In this document: positions 35,064 to 46,146 of the stretch, one piece after another
How positions within the stretch are numbered: position 1 is the first letter of the stretch
Layout of the letters: each line of letters starts with the position of its first letter
DNA from: Setoptus koraiensis
Lineage: Eukaryota > Animalia > Arthropoda
DNA: 64,000 nucleotides
NCBI GenBank assembly: GCA_048013815.1
Contig: CM106586.1
Span: forward strand, 3,348,001-3,412,000
Reading direction: 5' to 3'
Notes under the pieces: generated by a model
Told to the model about the DNA's origin: nothing
Seen by the model: only the letters and a program-made list of their open reading frames with translations
The model's database searches: none
Position numbers and translations under genes: made by a program

Positions 35064-37258
35064 ATGAACATCTTCACCTTCATGAATTTCCTGTGTAGCT
35101 ACTTTAATTTGGTCAACTTTGGTTATGCAGAGCGCAAAAAATTGTCACCAAATGGTGATGCACCACTGGACACCGGCGGAAATAAACAGTTGGAGGTGGA
35201 GCGCGCCGACACCTTGACCGATAGCCCAGTCGAGGGCTCAGTGATCGAAATGCGGCGTGACAGCAGAGTTTCTTCAGCGACCTCTTCATCTCTGGGCCGT
35301 GGTGGCAGCGGAACCCATACCAGCAAGACTGAATTTATTGTTACTGATGGTCTTGGTAAAAGTCGAAACGTATTCAAACGACTCACAACATTGGAGTCAA
35401 TATGGTTGGTATTGTTGCTCACTTATGATGCCTACTTGGTGTTTGTGTGCGCCCTTTGTGCTAAATACTCCACAAAAGTTGACGATGTACCTGTTCAGGC
35501 ATTGAGAAGCATACTCAGATGGCACAATATCGCAGGAGAGACTGCTGTCTCGTATGGTTTATTATTGCTGTTGCCTATGGTTTTGTCGAGACTCTGTATG
35601 TTGTTTCGCAGTGATCGCTCAACAAGTTTGTGCATGACGCTGGTGCGCCATCTAGAAATGTTGAATATTGGCTCCATTGAGGGCTTCAAGACTGTACTAG
35701 GTCTCGCTAACAATCCTCCAAAAGACAATCATGATGATGCAATTACGGGAGAAATTGCATTCATGGCATGGAAGAAAAAAGATCAAGAGCTCAATATGTC
35801 ACTGTTATCTATGATACAACGGTATCCTTCATGGTACAGAGCGCAATTCACTACCAATCTGGAACAAAATGAAAAATTCAACCCGAAGCTTCAGCCAATA
35901 GTGAGATATGCTACCATTGTGACAACTAATTCTTTTTTGGGATCTGCAGCCATGATATCGAGTTTATTAGCTGCTTGTTTCGTGCCCATATGTTTTGGAA
36001 AACGCATTCTGGAGAATGGAGAGTATAAATTCAGCCCTATTACAATTGGTTTGGTTGCAACTTTTGCTCTGATTGCGACCATATTGTTTTCGAGCTATTT
36101 ATTCAACGTGACTCATTACAGCATTGCTTGTCAATATTTAGCCTTTATGTCAGATGTAGTGTATGAATACATCAATCATACTAATGAGATTTGTCGTATC
36201 CGAGGAAGATCAATACTCATAAGATCCGATGACCAAGAACCTGGTCTATTACTCAGCGAGACAGACAATCACGGTGGTAAGAATAAAAAGAAATTTATAT
36301 CATCTATGACAAGGAATCGCAACACTTATCAGCGTTATTCCAAAACAGTTGGTATGACAGGCGACAAGGCATCGAGATACAATAATCAATTTTCACTAGC
36401 GCGTAAATATGGCTCAGATATGGCTGCAAGCGGTCAACAATCTAGCAAATCATCATCGGATGCAAGCGAGTTTGTCAATACATCGAAATCGTCGGAGAGT
36501 CCAAGCGAACGCGAAGAACAATCGTTTCATCATATGACATCCTCAAAAGAAGAAAAAATAACTGATGATTACGACATAATAATTAAAAATAGAGTAGAAC
36601 TCATAATTACCGCGCTCCGAGTTTTGAGAGTCAATCATCAGGATGTCTCAGACTTTTTCGCTTGCTTGCTTAGATGTGAAATAGTTCCAAGAACAATACA
36701 AGTCATGATGACCGTAATGAATTTGATCAAAGGTCAAGGAGATTTGGCTACTAATATTATATTCACTGGGGCTGCTACTTACATGTTGCTCGTAGTGATC
36801 TTTTGCGTTCAGAAAGCTACCCTCATCGAATCTAAGGTGAGCAATTGTCACCAATGATCAATTGGATAGCTCAACTCTTTCAGCTCTCAATCCGTCATTA
36901 ACAGTATATCCAATAATCTAATCATTCCTCTGAAACGAAGTATAAAAACAACTATCATCCGTTGATGTCGCTGATAGCATGTGGACCTAGAGATGGATAT
37001 TATCGAGAGTGTTTGCGTCAGTTGGTCGAGGATTTGAAGGATTCGCAACACTATGGAATTGAATTAACGCCTGGTGTCATAGTAACATCAACGTCTGTGA
37101 CATTTGTAAGTAGAAAAAAAAAACATGACAGTCTCTAGATTTCTGTTCCGAACAATCTCAATAATTAACCCATGATGGTGATCATGATTCGTTTTCTACT
37201 TTTTTAGATAATCATTGGACTTGGAATAAGCGTTCAATTCATTTTGAAGCATCTCTGA
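35064..37258 (+). CDS. Gustatory-receptor-like (7TM chemoreceptor) gene, ~662 aa, probably 3 exons
   Basis: Exons 35064-36836, 36941-37105 (acceptor AAG, uncertain) and 37208-37258, with GTGAGC and GTAAGT donors and a TTTTAG final acceptor. Multiple hydrophobic helices. C-terminus YHPLMSLIA...LRQLVEDLKD...YGIELTPGVIVTSTSVTF|IIIGLGISVQFILKHL resembles the GR-family terminal region. Confidence 0.65.
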
Positions 37259-37382
37259 ATGAAAATTCCCACAAATTAGCTGGCATATCAAGCTGCTGGG
37301 ATCATTAGTAATTATTTGTTGAATAAATAGACTTCCTGATGACCAGCGATATGTCTATATACATATATATATAGATATGTGT

Positions 37383-38207
37383 GTGTATGACTGTTCAACT
37401 TATTTTATTTACTCGCTTGCATTATTTTCAGAGGGATTCTTCATATCTCCTACCAATTCTGAGCCGCTGCCTCTATACCTAAATCACCAGCGATCGCCTC
37501 TGTCTTATGATCATTGATAGTGATTTCGCATGTACCACTCAAGTTAAGAGACATAAAATCAATGACTCATAAAGCCTTCATATCTAGGCTACATCACTCG
37601 TCTTATGTGGAAAGAATAGCATCGCTACACCCCTGGACGAAACAAACTACGCTGTCAGTATCTCGTCTCTCATAGTTCTAAATGATTTGAAATTCTCTCG
37701 GTCGCTCATTTAGGCACTTCCGGTTAGCTGTTTTAAGTTTCAAATTTTTAGGTTTAGCACTATTCGAACTAGGTAAAAAACTCTCTTTCTCGCTAATCTG
37801 TTTTGGAAACAATGAATTACGTACAACATTCACACTCAAAAATAACAAGGTATATCCAAGATAACCGGAAGTACCTAAATGAGAAACCCGGAGAATTTCA
37901 AATCACCGTGAACTATGAGAGACGAGATACTGACTGCGTAGTTTTTTTCTTCCAGGGGTGTAGTGATCTCATTTGTTCCACATAAGATGAACGACATAGC
38001 ACTCATAAGAAGGCTTTATGAGTCATTGATTCGATGTCGCTCACCTTGTGTGGTACACACAAAATTACTAAGTAATGATCATAAGACAGAGGCGATCGCT
38101 GGTGATTGAGGTATAGAGGCACCGGCTCAGAACTGGTCGGATATGTGAAGAATCCTTTTGAAAAAAAAGCGAGCGAGTAAATGAAATAAGGTAAACATTC
38201 ACATACT
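37383..38207. repeat. Long inverted repeat: arms ~37383-37726 and ~37862-38207, 135-nt spacer
   Basis: Hand alignment of 37399-37726 against the reverse complement of 37862-38190: ~53 differences in 329 columns (~84%), one 1-nt gap. Confidence 0.95.
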
Positions 38208-38310
38208 GAGCGCCTAGTTTGTTTCTTCCAGAGGTGTATCAATGAGCATCCCTCCGATCGTTGGTGATTGCTGGTTGATTTTGGTTCTTTGGATTGATTG
38301 TTTGTAAATA

Positions 38311-38362
38311 GTTTGACTGTTTGACTGTTTGACTGTTGGACTGCTTGACTGTTTTACTGTTT
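38311..38362 (+). repeat. 8-bp tandem repeat (gtttgact), ~6 units
   Basis: Direct reading. Confidence 0.85.
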
Positions 38363-39467
38363 GGGTGTTCGATCTGACAGAGATGACTGAGTAAAACGAA
38401 TGATTACTTGTCTACGACTTGAAGCTCTTTAAATACTTTACAAAATTCACTGCAATTATAATAATGCTCGCAAACATGTCTCATTATGAGCCATAACAAT
38501 CAATGGCTGTGAGTCATTTATGAATAAATCGACAGCAAACATTTTATTATCCTATTACTATCGGCATGATTGTCAGAACATTGCTGCAGCCCGCCCAAGC
38601 ACCGTATCGATAAGTTACCGACGTACGACACTCATAACGTGAAGTTCCTCACTGAGCGACAACCACTCCGGCCAAGCTTTGCTAAATTTGTTCCACCGCC
38701 TTCAGATAACGTTTTGACTGACTAGCCAATGACTGTTTTTTTCCCAAAAATAAAATAACCGTTTTCCGTTGCCTGCTGAGACAGCCATTGATTGGACAAT
38801 TAAATTTTGGTCACGCAACTGCTGAGTTTTAATCGCATGTCGTTATTGAGATAGCAAGTGAGTGAGCAAGATATCCGACGTAACTTGTTGAGCGGACGGC
38901 AACTTCAAAAGCAAGCTATAGAGTCAAATGGACTCTATAGTTTCGAAAGAAAATCTAGCAACTCCTGATTACTCAGACAGCAGAAACGTTTCATCTGACC
39001 ACCGCAGAGATTATTGCTGAAGCCAAGATATGAACCTTTATATAACCAATCATCGTTAACCATGATGATATTCACTATGCTGCTAGAGTTGAAATATTCT
39101 GTTGGTGTTGGCGTCTCCATGCTGAATCGCATTTATGGAGAAGTTGTACGTGTAAATGTTTATTAAATTTTAAAAATTCGAGTACAAGCTGTATGTCGAA
39201 ATTCGAGCCGGTAACTTGTTGAAGGGAGGCTGAAACTGTCGAAAATCAATTGCATCGAATCGGCTGATTTCTGGCCTTTCTTGTTGCAGCCCGCTTAGAT
39301 TGTACCCACAATTTCAGATAAAAAACAATTCAAAGGCCCGCAACCAGTTTGAATTATCTGGAATAATTGGACGACTAGGTGGTTCATGAGTCAGAAGTCC
39401 GAGCCGAATTGCAGTTTCGTATAGGACTACTTCATTTTTCAGATTTCAGTTCTAGCAAGTCAGATGC

Positions 39468-42263
39468 TCAATGAAATTCAAATGGGTGACAATGACCGAT
39501 CGATTTTTCCATAACTCTTAGAGCGTCAATGCAAGCCTTTAATACTGTGTCACTGTTATTCCTTTGTTCACTATCATTACAGAGCCATATCATCTGCCTG
39601 ATACCCCCCAGTTTCGCAATCATATTCGCTGCACTTCTATTGGCTGACAATCTAGTCAAAGCCACGACAGACTTCTGTTGTATCCTTTCAACTATCGATA
39701 AAATCTTTGGGTCCACGTTTTTGTTGCATCTCCCGCCTGCATGGTATTTGTCACAATAGGAATGGTTCACATCTTCGATGTCATCATTTGATTCGAAACA
39801 AGTGATCGGCTCACGGCGCCTTGCCTTATTAACCAGGGCGATTTTTCCATCACATGATGTATGATTACAATTTTGAACTCTTTTGGAAGGTTTCGGACTA
39901 GATTTCGCTGTCTCGTTGGTGCAACTCTGAAGGCTTGATAGTAAAAATACTAGCCCCCCACTACTGACAACCTCAAGGGGATATTTTGTGGCAGTATTGG
40001 CGAGTATTGTGACTAGTTGGTCTCTTATATTTAATTGCGATAAGATTGATTGGAAACTTCCAATTGTTTTCAATAGTGACTCATTTGTTTTATATCTCAC
40101 TATGGGCTCGCTAGATACAAACGATATATGCGCGAGCGTCGTTGCCGCCAGTAGAATCATATCCTTTCTTCTGGACAATTTGATGATGTTTGTTAGATGT
40201 TTGACGATTGATTCGATAGATTGACGACCGATGAGAGAATAGTAATCGAGCTTCGTGCCATCATCAATGAATGGGATGGTCAACTGCACCAAGAGACGTA
40301 AGGCTTCTCGAATGACAGGATTGTCGCCCTCTTCAGCATCTTCATTATGATTGCAGTCGTCGTTTTCTGAGACCGCACCATTATAGCTGCAATTATCGCT
40401 ATGATCATTCTCTATGCCTTCATCAATAAATTTGGCTTGATCCGAGTCAAGATGCTTGCGCTTGGTTGCAAAAATAGCTTGGTTTTGATAATCTCCAAAT
40501 ATGGATTTGATAACTAGGTTATCTGGCTCAGGGCAATCGTGCGAAGGTGGTGAAGTAGATAAGCATTTCAATATTATTCTAATGGCTTCGTCATTGAGAC
40601 ATAAGTGATTCAATATAACTAGGGCTGCCACCTTGAATTGATTGCTTGTATATATGGCCTCATGCGCACTCTGGTCAATCTCGTCTAGATCTATTAATTT
40701 ATTATTTTTCGCTTGCGCATGCATAAAATTCATCAAATCTAACCTCTCATGCTGATTTGGTTGATTCACTATGATGCCGAGCAGTCTATCTATTATGTTT
40801 ACTGGTTGCTCTAGCTTGTTCCTCGAATGATCTAACAACGAGGATGCCTCCAGGCGAGATATATTGTCGCTGATATTAGACACTTTAAATGGTTTCTCTA
40901 TCAATATTCTACAAATATAGCTATCATCTTTTGTAAGCTGCCATAATGCTATCAGGGCCCATTTCAATGATAATTGCGTTTTAGCAGATGCAAACGGTTG
41001 CACATGATGGGTTTGTTTATTGATTTCAGTCTGGTTCATAATGCGACAGTTCTTCATGACACATCTACCATTGTAATTGTTGGATTGATGGTGGATGCTA
41101 TCTTCGTTGCAACAACAGTTATGTTGCTGAACTGCTGCCGACAGAGCATCTCGATTGGTCTCGTTAATTTGGTTGCTGATTCTTCCATTATACACTGATG
41201 AGGGTGTTGCCAGTTTTTGAGGTACTGTATAGATGCAAAGTCGATCGTCAGGTGCTGTTGTGTTATTCTGCACACAGTGGAAGTAACGTTGAGTTTCTCT
41301 GCTGGCTAGAGTTAGCGATTCTGTTGTTGTTATCGTTAATGCTTTAACTATTTCATTACATTCGATCTTAATGGAGGTATCAATCAGTCCACTGAATGCC
41401 TGTTTTATTTTTCTCAATGCTGAATGGATGCTGGCGGCATGAATATCGTGATTGTAATTTGATTCTGCCTGATAATGTTTCAATAATTTTGCAAATTGTG
41501 CACACAATCGTCTCGTTTTATCCGTTGGTCCGGCAACTTTATTTAGTGTTGTGAGTGGTCTATTGAATAATTGATAGTTGGGTTGCTGTGCATTCTGGTG
41601 ACAATTGTTGGTATCCCTAGTGGCAAAAGTTTGATTGCTGCCAATACGATCCACGGTAGCTGATGAGTTCGGAAGGGGCGCTAAATGAGCGATCATGCGC
41701 CAGACATGGCTATATTGTTCTATCAACGTCTTTATTATACCTTGTGAATGTGGCCGTGATACTAGGTCGATGAGATGATCAATAAATTGTAACACTTTAC
41801 GGGATTGTGTTCGCATCAGTTGTATAATTAAATGTGAATTTCTGATGCTGAGAGCATCTAATGAACATTTGTCTATTGCAACAGTTCGATGAATTAGATA
41901 GGCGCAACACTCTGCATCGACCTCGAGTCGCATTTGCCTGAGCCATCTAGTGAGAACGGGGTCGTTTTGTCGCTCTGATCCGTTGGCCGACAATGATGTA
42001 AATACACCGTTGTAAGCGGTTTTGTAGCCGTCATGAGTTACATTGCCCATAGTTGATTGGTGGATGTTGCTATCATAATTATCATTATTGTTGTTATCGT
42101 GGCAATTGTTGTGCGATTGTGCGCTTGCTTGAGCTCTCTGATCGATGCAATTGCTAGTAGCTGCAGGATCTAGTGAATTTAATGTTGATTGACTGCTCAG
42201 GCGACTGTAATTATTGCGGGCCCCCGACGACGTCGAATCAATTATCTTCTTGTAAATGGACAT
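39468..42263 (-). CDS. insc: Inscuteable (spindle-orientation adaptor), 931 aa from first ATG
   Basis: LGN/Pins-binding-like peptide DPVLTRWLRQMRLEVDAECCAYL; ARM-like region QLVTILANTA...VVSSGGLVFLLSSL; C-terminal RIQQKSVVALTRL...GGIRQMIWLCNDSEQRNNSDTVLKACIDALR. The track start 42437 is GTG; ATG is at 42263. Confidence 0.88.
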   Translation of the reverse strand: MSIYKKIIDSTSSGARNNYSRLSSQSTLNSLDPAATSNCIDQRAQASAQSHNNCHDNNNNDNYDSNIHQSTMGNVTHDGYKTAYNGVFTSLSANGSERQNDPVLTRWLRQMRLEVDAECCAYLIHRTVAIDKCSLDALSIRNSHLIIQLMRTQSRKVLQFIDHLIDLVSRPHSQGIIKTLIEQYSHVWRMIAHLAPLPNSSATVDRIGSNQTFATRDTNNCHQNAQQPNYQLFNRPLTTLNKVAGPTDKTRRLCAQFAKLLKHYQAESNYNHDIHAASIHSALRKIKQAFSGLIDTSIKIECNEIVKALTITTTESLTLASRETQRYFHCVQNNTTAPDDRLCIYTVPQKLATPSSVYNGRISNQINETNRDALSAAVQQHNCCCNEDSIHHQSNNYNGRCVMKNCRIMNQTEINKQTHHVQPFASAKTQLSLKWALIALWQLTKDDSYICRILIEKPFKVSNISDNISRLEASSLLDHSRNKLEQPVNIIDRLLGIIVNQPNQHERLDLMNFMHAQAKNNKLIDLDEIDQSAHEAIYTSNQFKVAALVILNHLCLNDEAIRIILKCLSTSPPSHDCPEPDNLVIKSIFGDYQNQAIFATKRKHLDSDQAKFIDEGIENDHSDNCSYNGAVSENDDCNHNEDAEEGDNPVIREALRLLVQLTIPFIDDGTKLDYYSLIGRQSIESIVKHLTNIIKLSRRKDMILLAATTLAHISFVSSEPIVRYKTNESLLKTIGSFQSILSQLNIRDQLVTILANTATKYPLEVVSSGGLVFLLSSLQSCTNETAKSSPKPSKRVQNCNHTSCDGKIALVNKARRREPITCFESNDDIEDVNHSYCDKYHAGGRCNKNVDPKILSIVERIQQKSVVALTRLSANRSAANMIAKLGGIRQMIWLCNDSEQRNNSDTVLKACIDALRVMEKSIGHCHPFEFH

Positions 42264-44002
42264 CGTTGAACACTGTAAATGGTTGATTAGAGTTGTTTCG
42301 TCGAGACAGAAATGATAAATAATGATAATTTTTAATATATAATTACGAATTATCGTTGCCCGATGACATACACACAGTCTGTCGGATGTAAATTCGATTG
42401 ATTGTGCATCGGGCCGGTGGCTGCGTTCGATCGACACAACAGTTGCTCGTTATCGGCGAACGGTGGCCGAACAAGCAACCAACTGTTTGCAATCCGTTTG
42501 CCAGTTAGTCGTAATCGAACCTCAGATGCTTGAGACTCAAACTTTGAGTCTGTTTGGTTGCGTGCGCACAACCGGCGTGCGCGAACTCACGCGTGAGACG
42601 TGGACACAAAACGGTGCTGGCATAACAACGATATCGTCCTAATCTGCGTTCTAATGTTCCAATTCGCGCAACGGGATAGCGATTGGCCCGCAGCAGCCTC
42701 CCTCTCGCGCCGCTCGAAGGTGCACCGCAATGGGAGGCGCGCGCCGATGTGCCAACATGTTAGATGTTGGACGGTCTCCCAATGTCGCACAGGAAGTGCC
42801 GACCAGCAACAATTACGTGCAGCAGTGACTGGCCTCTATTGCACCAATGCAATCGCTCATGGTCGCCCGCAGCTGTCGTTAGGCGCACGCTCACAAGCGT
42901 GCCACACACACTTGGCTGCCACCGAATTGGGCTCAACTCACACATTACAACGTAACAATCATGGCGCGGCTCAACTCAAGCCAACTGAACCAATATGCGT
43001 ACAGTCGCAACAACATTGACAATGGCACCAACTGCGACAACTCACAACCGTTTTCCCGTACCGATCCAACCAACGCTGCAACAACGACGCCCTTCAATAA
43101 AGTGAAAGTTCTCTCTCCCTATCTCTCCCTCTCCCTCGCTGTGTGTGTCGAGTTGACGGGTTCGGTTTGATGGGGGCAACAAGTCGAGCGTGCCTCAAAC
43201 ACAGCACCATTTGAACGCATGTCCAACTCACCAACGCAACCAACTTGCAGGGTTCACTTATTGACGCCATTATTTCAAATTGTCTCAGATTCATCCATTC
43301 CAAGCACCAATCCTGATACATTGATCGCTCCAGATGCATTTCTTTGCGAATGCTATGTGAATCGATACCTTACTAGAGCTTTCTCACTACTGAAGACCAT
43401 TTCTACATTAGTGGCCATTGCATTGTTATCAGTTGTATGACCTCACTCAATCAGCATTCCATGGAATATGATTTAATCACCGCCAGACGAATGAAAGGTA
43501 ACGAGGATTTTGTCATAGATAGATAAACCAACATGAATATTTTGCTCTCTGTATGGTGGCGAAAATTAGCGTCGATTGGCGCTGCAATGCGACACTTTTT
43601 AATCATGTTGCAACTCAAAACAATAGCATTTATAATCTCTTTATTCAATTGTCCGTTCGAAAAGTTCGATATTAAAAATTCCAGAATTGCTGACATACCA
43701 TTCGTCATAGTAAAAAAGGCAACAAATTCAACTTTCATGCAGAAGAGATATTCCCGACGCTCATGACGTAATACGTATTTGCGCGACTACAGAGAGCAAG
43801 TGATCTATTTAAAGACTGGGGCACTCTGGTAGCTGGTCGCTGGGACATAATAGAATTCTCTAAATATAGAAAATAGCAAGGTTTGCATGGGCGTTTGATT
43901 TGCGAGCACTGTTGTCGGCGGGTCATTGTTGTCAGTATCTTACGGCTTTATTATCTCCTGTAATTTTGCAATGAACCATTTCGGCGGACAAAGCAAATCA
44001 AA

Positions 44003-45664
44003 ATGGCAAAGCTATCGAAATCGAGAAATTTAATTCCTCTGTTGGTTCTTATTGTGCTAGAATGTTTCGAACACGGTGCCGATGCAAAAGAGACCTGTAA
44101 AGTGAATCTAATTAATCCCATATCGTTGATAACATTTCTAGCTGATTGCACTTATAATTTTTTGGATTTTGCCAAAGAGGCCCCATTGTGTCCGGTTGTG
44201 CCGGCCGAATTGCCAGAATGGAACAGTCACACAGACTTAAAAGACTGGCCTGGAGTTATTCTTTTTACGCCTGACACTCATGAAGATTTTGAAATTTATT
44301 TCGACAGAGACCAAGGGTCATTCTCGGATGAGGACATAGAGAAATTTGTGAAGCGCGGCTTCAATCCTGACTTGCCTACACTGATTTATTTGCACGCCTT
44401 CACGCAGAACCCGAGAAACAAGTGGCTGAGAACGGTGAGAAAGGATTATATTCAATTCCAAAACAATGGCCAACCTAAGATCAATTTGTTGTTCTTCGAT
44501 TATCAAGTGTTCGCCAGATCGGGTTATCCGGGCACCGCGCGTTGGGTGCCGGCCCTAGGAAAAGTGTTGGCCATGTTCATGGACAAATTGGTTAAATTGA
44601 CAAATTTGGATCCGATGAAATTGCATTTAATATCATTTTCGTTGGGCAATCACATCAGCGGTATGGCGGGCCGTCAATCTGAGAACACTATTGGTCGCAT
44701 AACCGCCTTAGATCCGGCCGGCTGGTGTTTCAGCGAACGCTATGATCATCAGTACACAAAATACGGTTTGCGGTCCACGGACGCCTTTCTGGTAGATGTC
44801 AATCACTTCGACATTGACTTTTTGGGTACTCGGGTGCCCATTGGTGATCTAGACATCTACATGAACGGTGGCATGGCACAACCGGGTTGCGCCACCGGCT
44901 ACGAGGCCATGGCAAAGAGCGCCCTGTCCATGTTGGGTTTGCTGAAGAAATCGCTTGGCGAGGGCCATTCCAGAGCGGCAATTCATTCGGTTTATACCGT
45001 CGACGAGAAGTGCCATCAGATAGCCTATGGGTGCACCTCTTACGAAGCCTTCCTGGCGGGCGAATGTGGCCAGTGTGGCCAAAACAACGATGAGTGCTTC
45101 TCAACCAGTATCTACGGCGTTCAAGAGGTTTGGTCCAACTGGAGGGAGCCCAAATTGTACTCGCCAAGACCTTTCAAGAAGATGTTCTTGAAGACGGCGG
45201 CAAAACCACCTTTTTGTGTGCAACACTATCAGATTGTGGTCAAATTGAAGGGTCACGACCTTCCAAAAGTTTCGAAAAACGGAGAAGCGACTGAGCTAAT
45301 GGTCAACCAATTGTTTGCAAGCGAATTCAAGCATGTCCAGCCGAAACTGGTGCTGTTCGAAGAGAATCAACGCGAATGGTTCTCGACAAGCCCTGGCCAG
45401 ATTGAGCATGAGGCACGTCCATCGGTGTTCACAAGCCTGATCCTCAACGAAGACCGCAACAAAATCTACGCCACGCACAAGGCCAAATGGATCCTCAGAA
45501 AGAAACCGACACAGATTTCGATTGAGTATCTGCTGACGAGGGCAATCGAGTCGGTTGAAATTAACTACATGAGCCACATTGATTACGACATCAGAAAGAA
45601 ATTTTCGGTTAAATTGTGTCCAGACATTGAGAACGAAGACGCAGGTTGGATGAAAAAATGTTAG
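44003..45664 (+). CDS. Secreted pancreatic-lipase-family lipase, 553 aa, single exon
   Basis: Signal peptide; PTLIYLHAF; HLISFSLGNH (nucleophile Ser); RITALDPAG (Asp); DAFLVDVNH; DIYMNGGMAQPGC; GHSRA (His); CHQIAYGCTSYEAFLAGEC; PFC; C-terminal YMSH...KLC. Confidence 0.93.
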   Translation: MAKLSKSRNLIPLLVLIVLECFEHGADAKETCKVNLINPISLITFLADCTYNFLDFAKEAPLCPVVPAELPEWNSHTDLKDWPGVILFTPDTHEDFEIYFDRDQGSFSDEDIEKFVKRGFNPDLPTLIYLHAFTQNPRNKWLRTVRKDYIQFQNNGQPKINLLFFDYQVFARSGYPGTARWVPALGKVLAMFMDKLVKLTNLDPMKLHLISFSLGNHISGMAGRQSENTIGRITALDPAGWCFSERYDHQYTKYGLRSTDAFLVDVNHFDIDFLGTRVPIGDLDIYMNGGMAQPGCATGYEAMAKSALSMLGLLKKSLGEGHSRAAIHSVYTVDEKCHQIAYGCTSYEAFLAGECGQCGQNNDECFSTSIYGVQEVWSNWREPKLYSPRPFKKMFLKTAAKPPFCVQHYQIVVKLKGHDLPKVSKNGEATELMVNQLFASEFKHVQPKLVLFEENQREWFSTSPGQIEHEARPSVFTSLILNEDRNKIYATHKAKWILRKKPTQISIEYLLTRAIESVEINYMSHIDYDIRKKFSVKLCPDIENEDAGWMKKC

Positions 45665-46146
45665 ATTTGAGCCAACGGATAGTAGAGGGGAGCCAAAATA
45701 AAAATAATGAATAGTGTTCGTCGTAGCGACGCGATTTTCCTCGACTCATTCGCATTCACACGCGTTAGGCTATCTGGAATTTCTGACAATCTGTTCTCCT
45801 CAGCCAGATTTCCCGTGGATATTCGAATCGATTTTTCACCTGACACGTAGTCTGTCAAGCCGTATGTATTTTGCATTAAACACTGCGTGTGCTCAGATTG
45901 TACCTGTGCCAGGGGCTTAAAATAGATACCTGACCAACAACATGTCAACTGACGACGAAATAAAAATAAATAAAATGAGAAGTCGCACTTCGGCGCCTCA
46001 TTACGACAAAAAAAAGACAACAATTACAAGCCCTAGTAGCTAAGCGATTGCACCACACAGCGAACACAAAAGAATAGGCCCCGAGCTTATACATATTTTG
46101 TCGCGGAAATATCGATATCATCACACTAACACAAACAATTGCAAAT

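Noticed and set aside
46108-46117. TATCGATA (DRE-like) upstream of the 342-aa gene, also at ~38606
   Set aside because: An 8-mer also present inside coding sequence here; DRE function is established in flies, not shown for this lineage.
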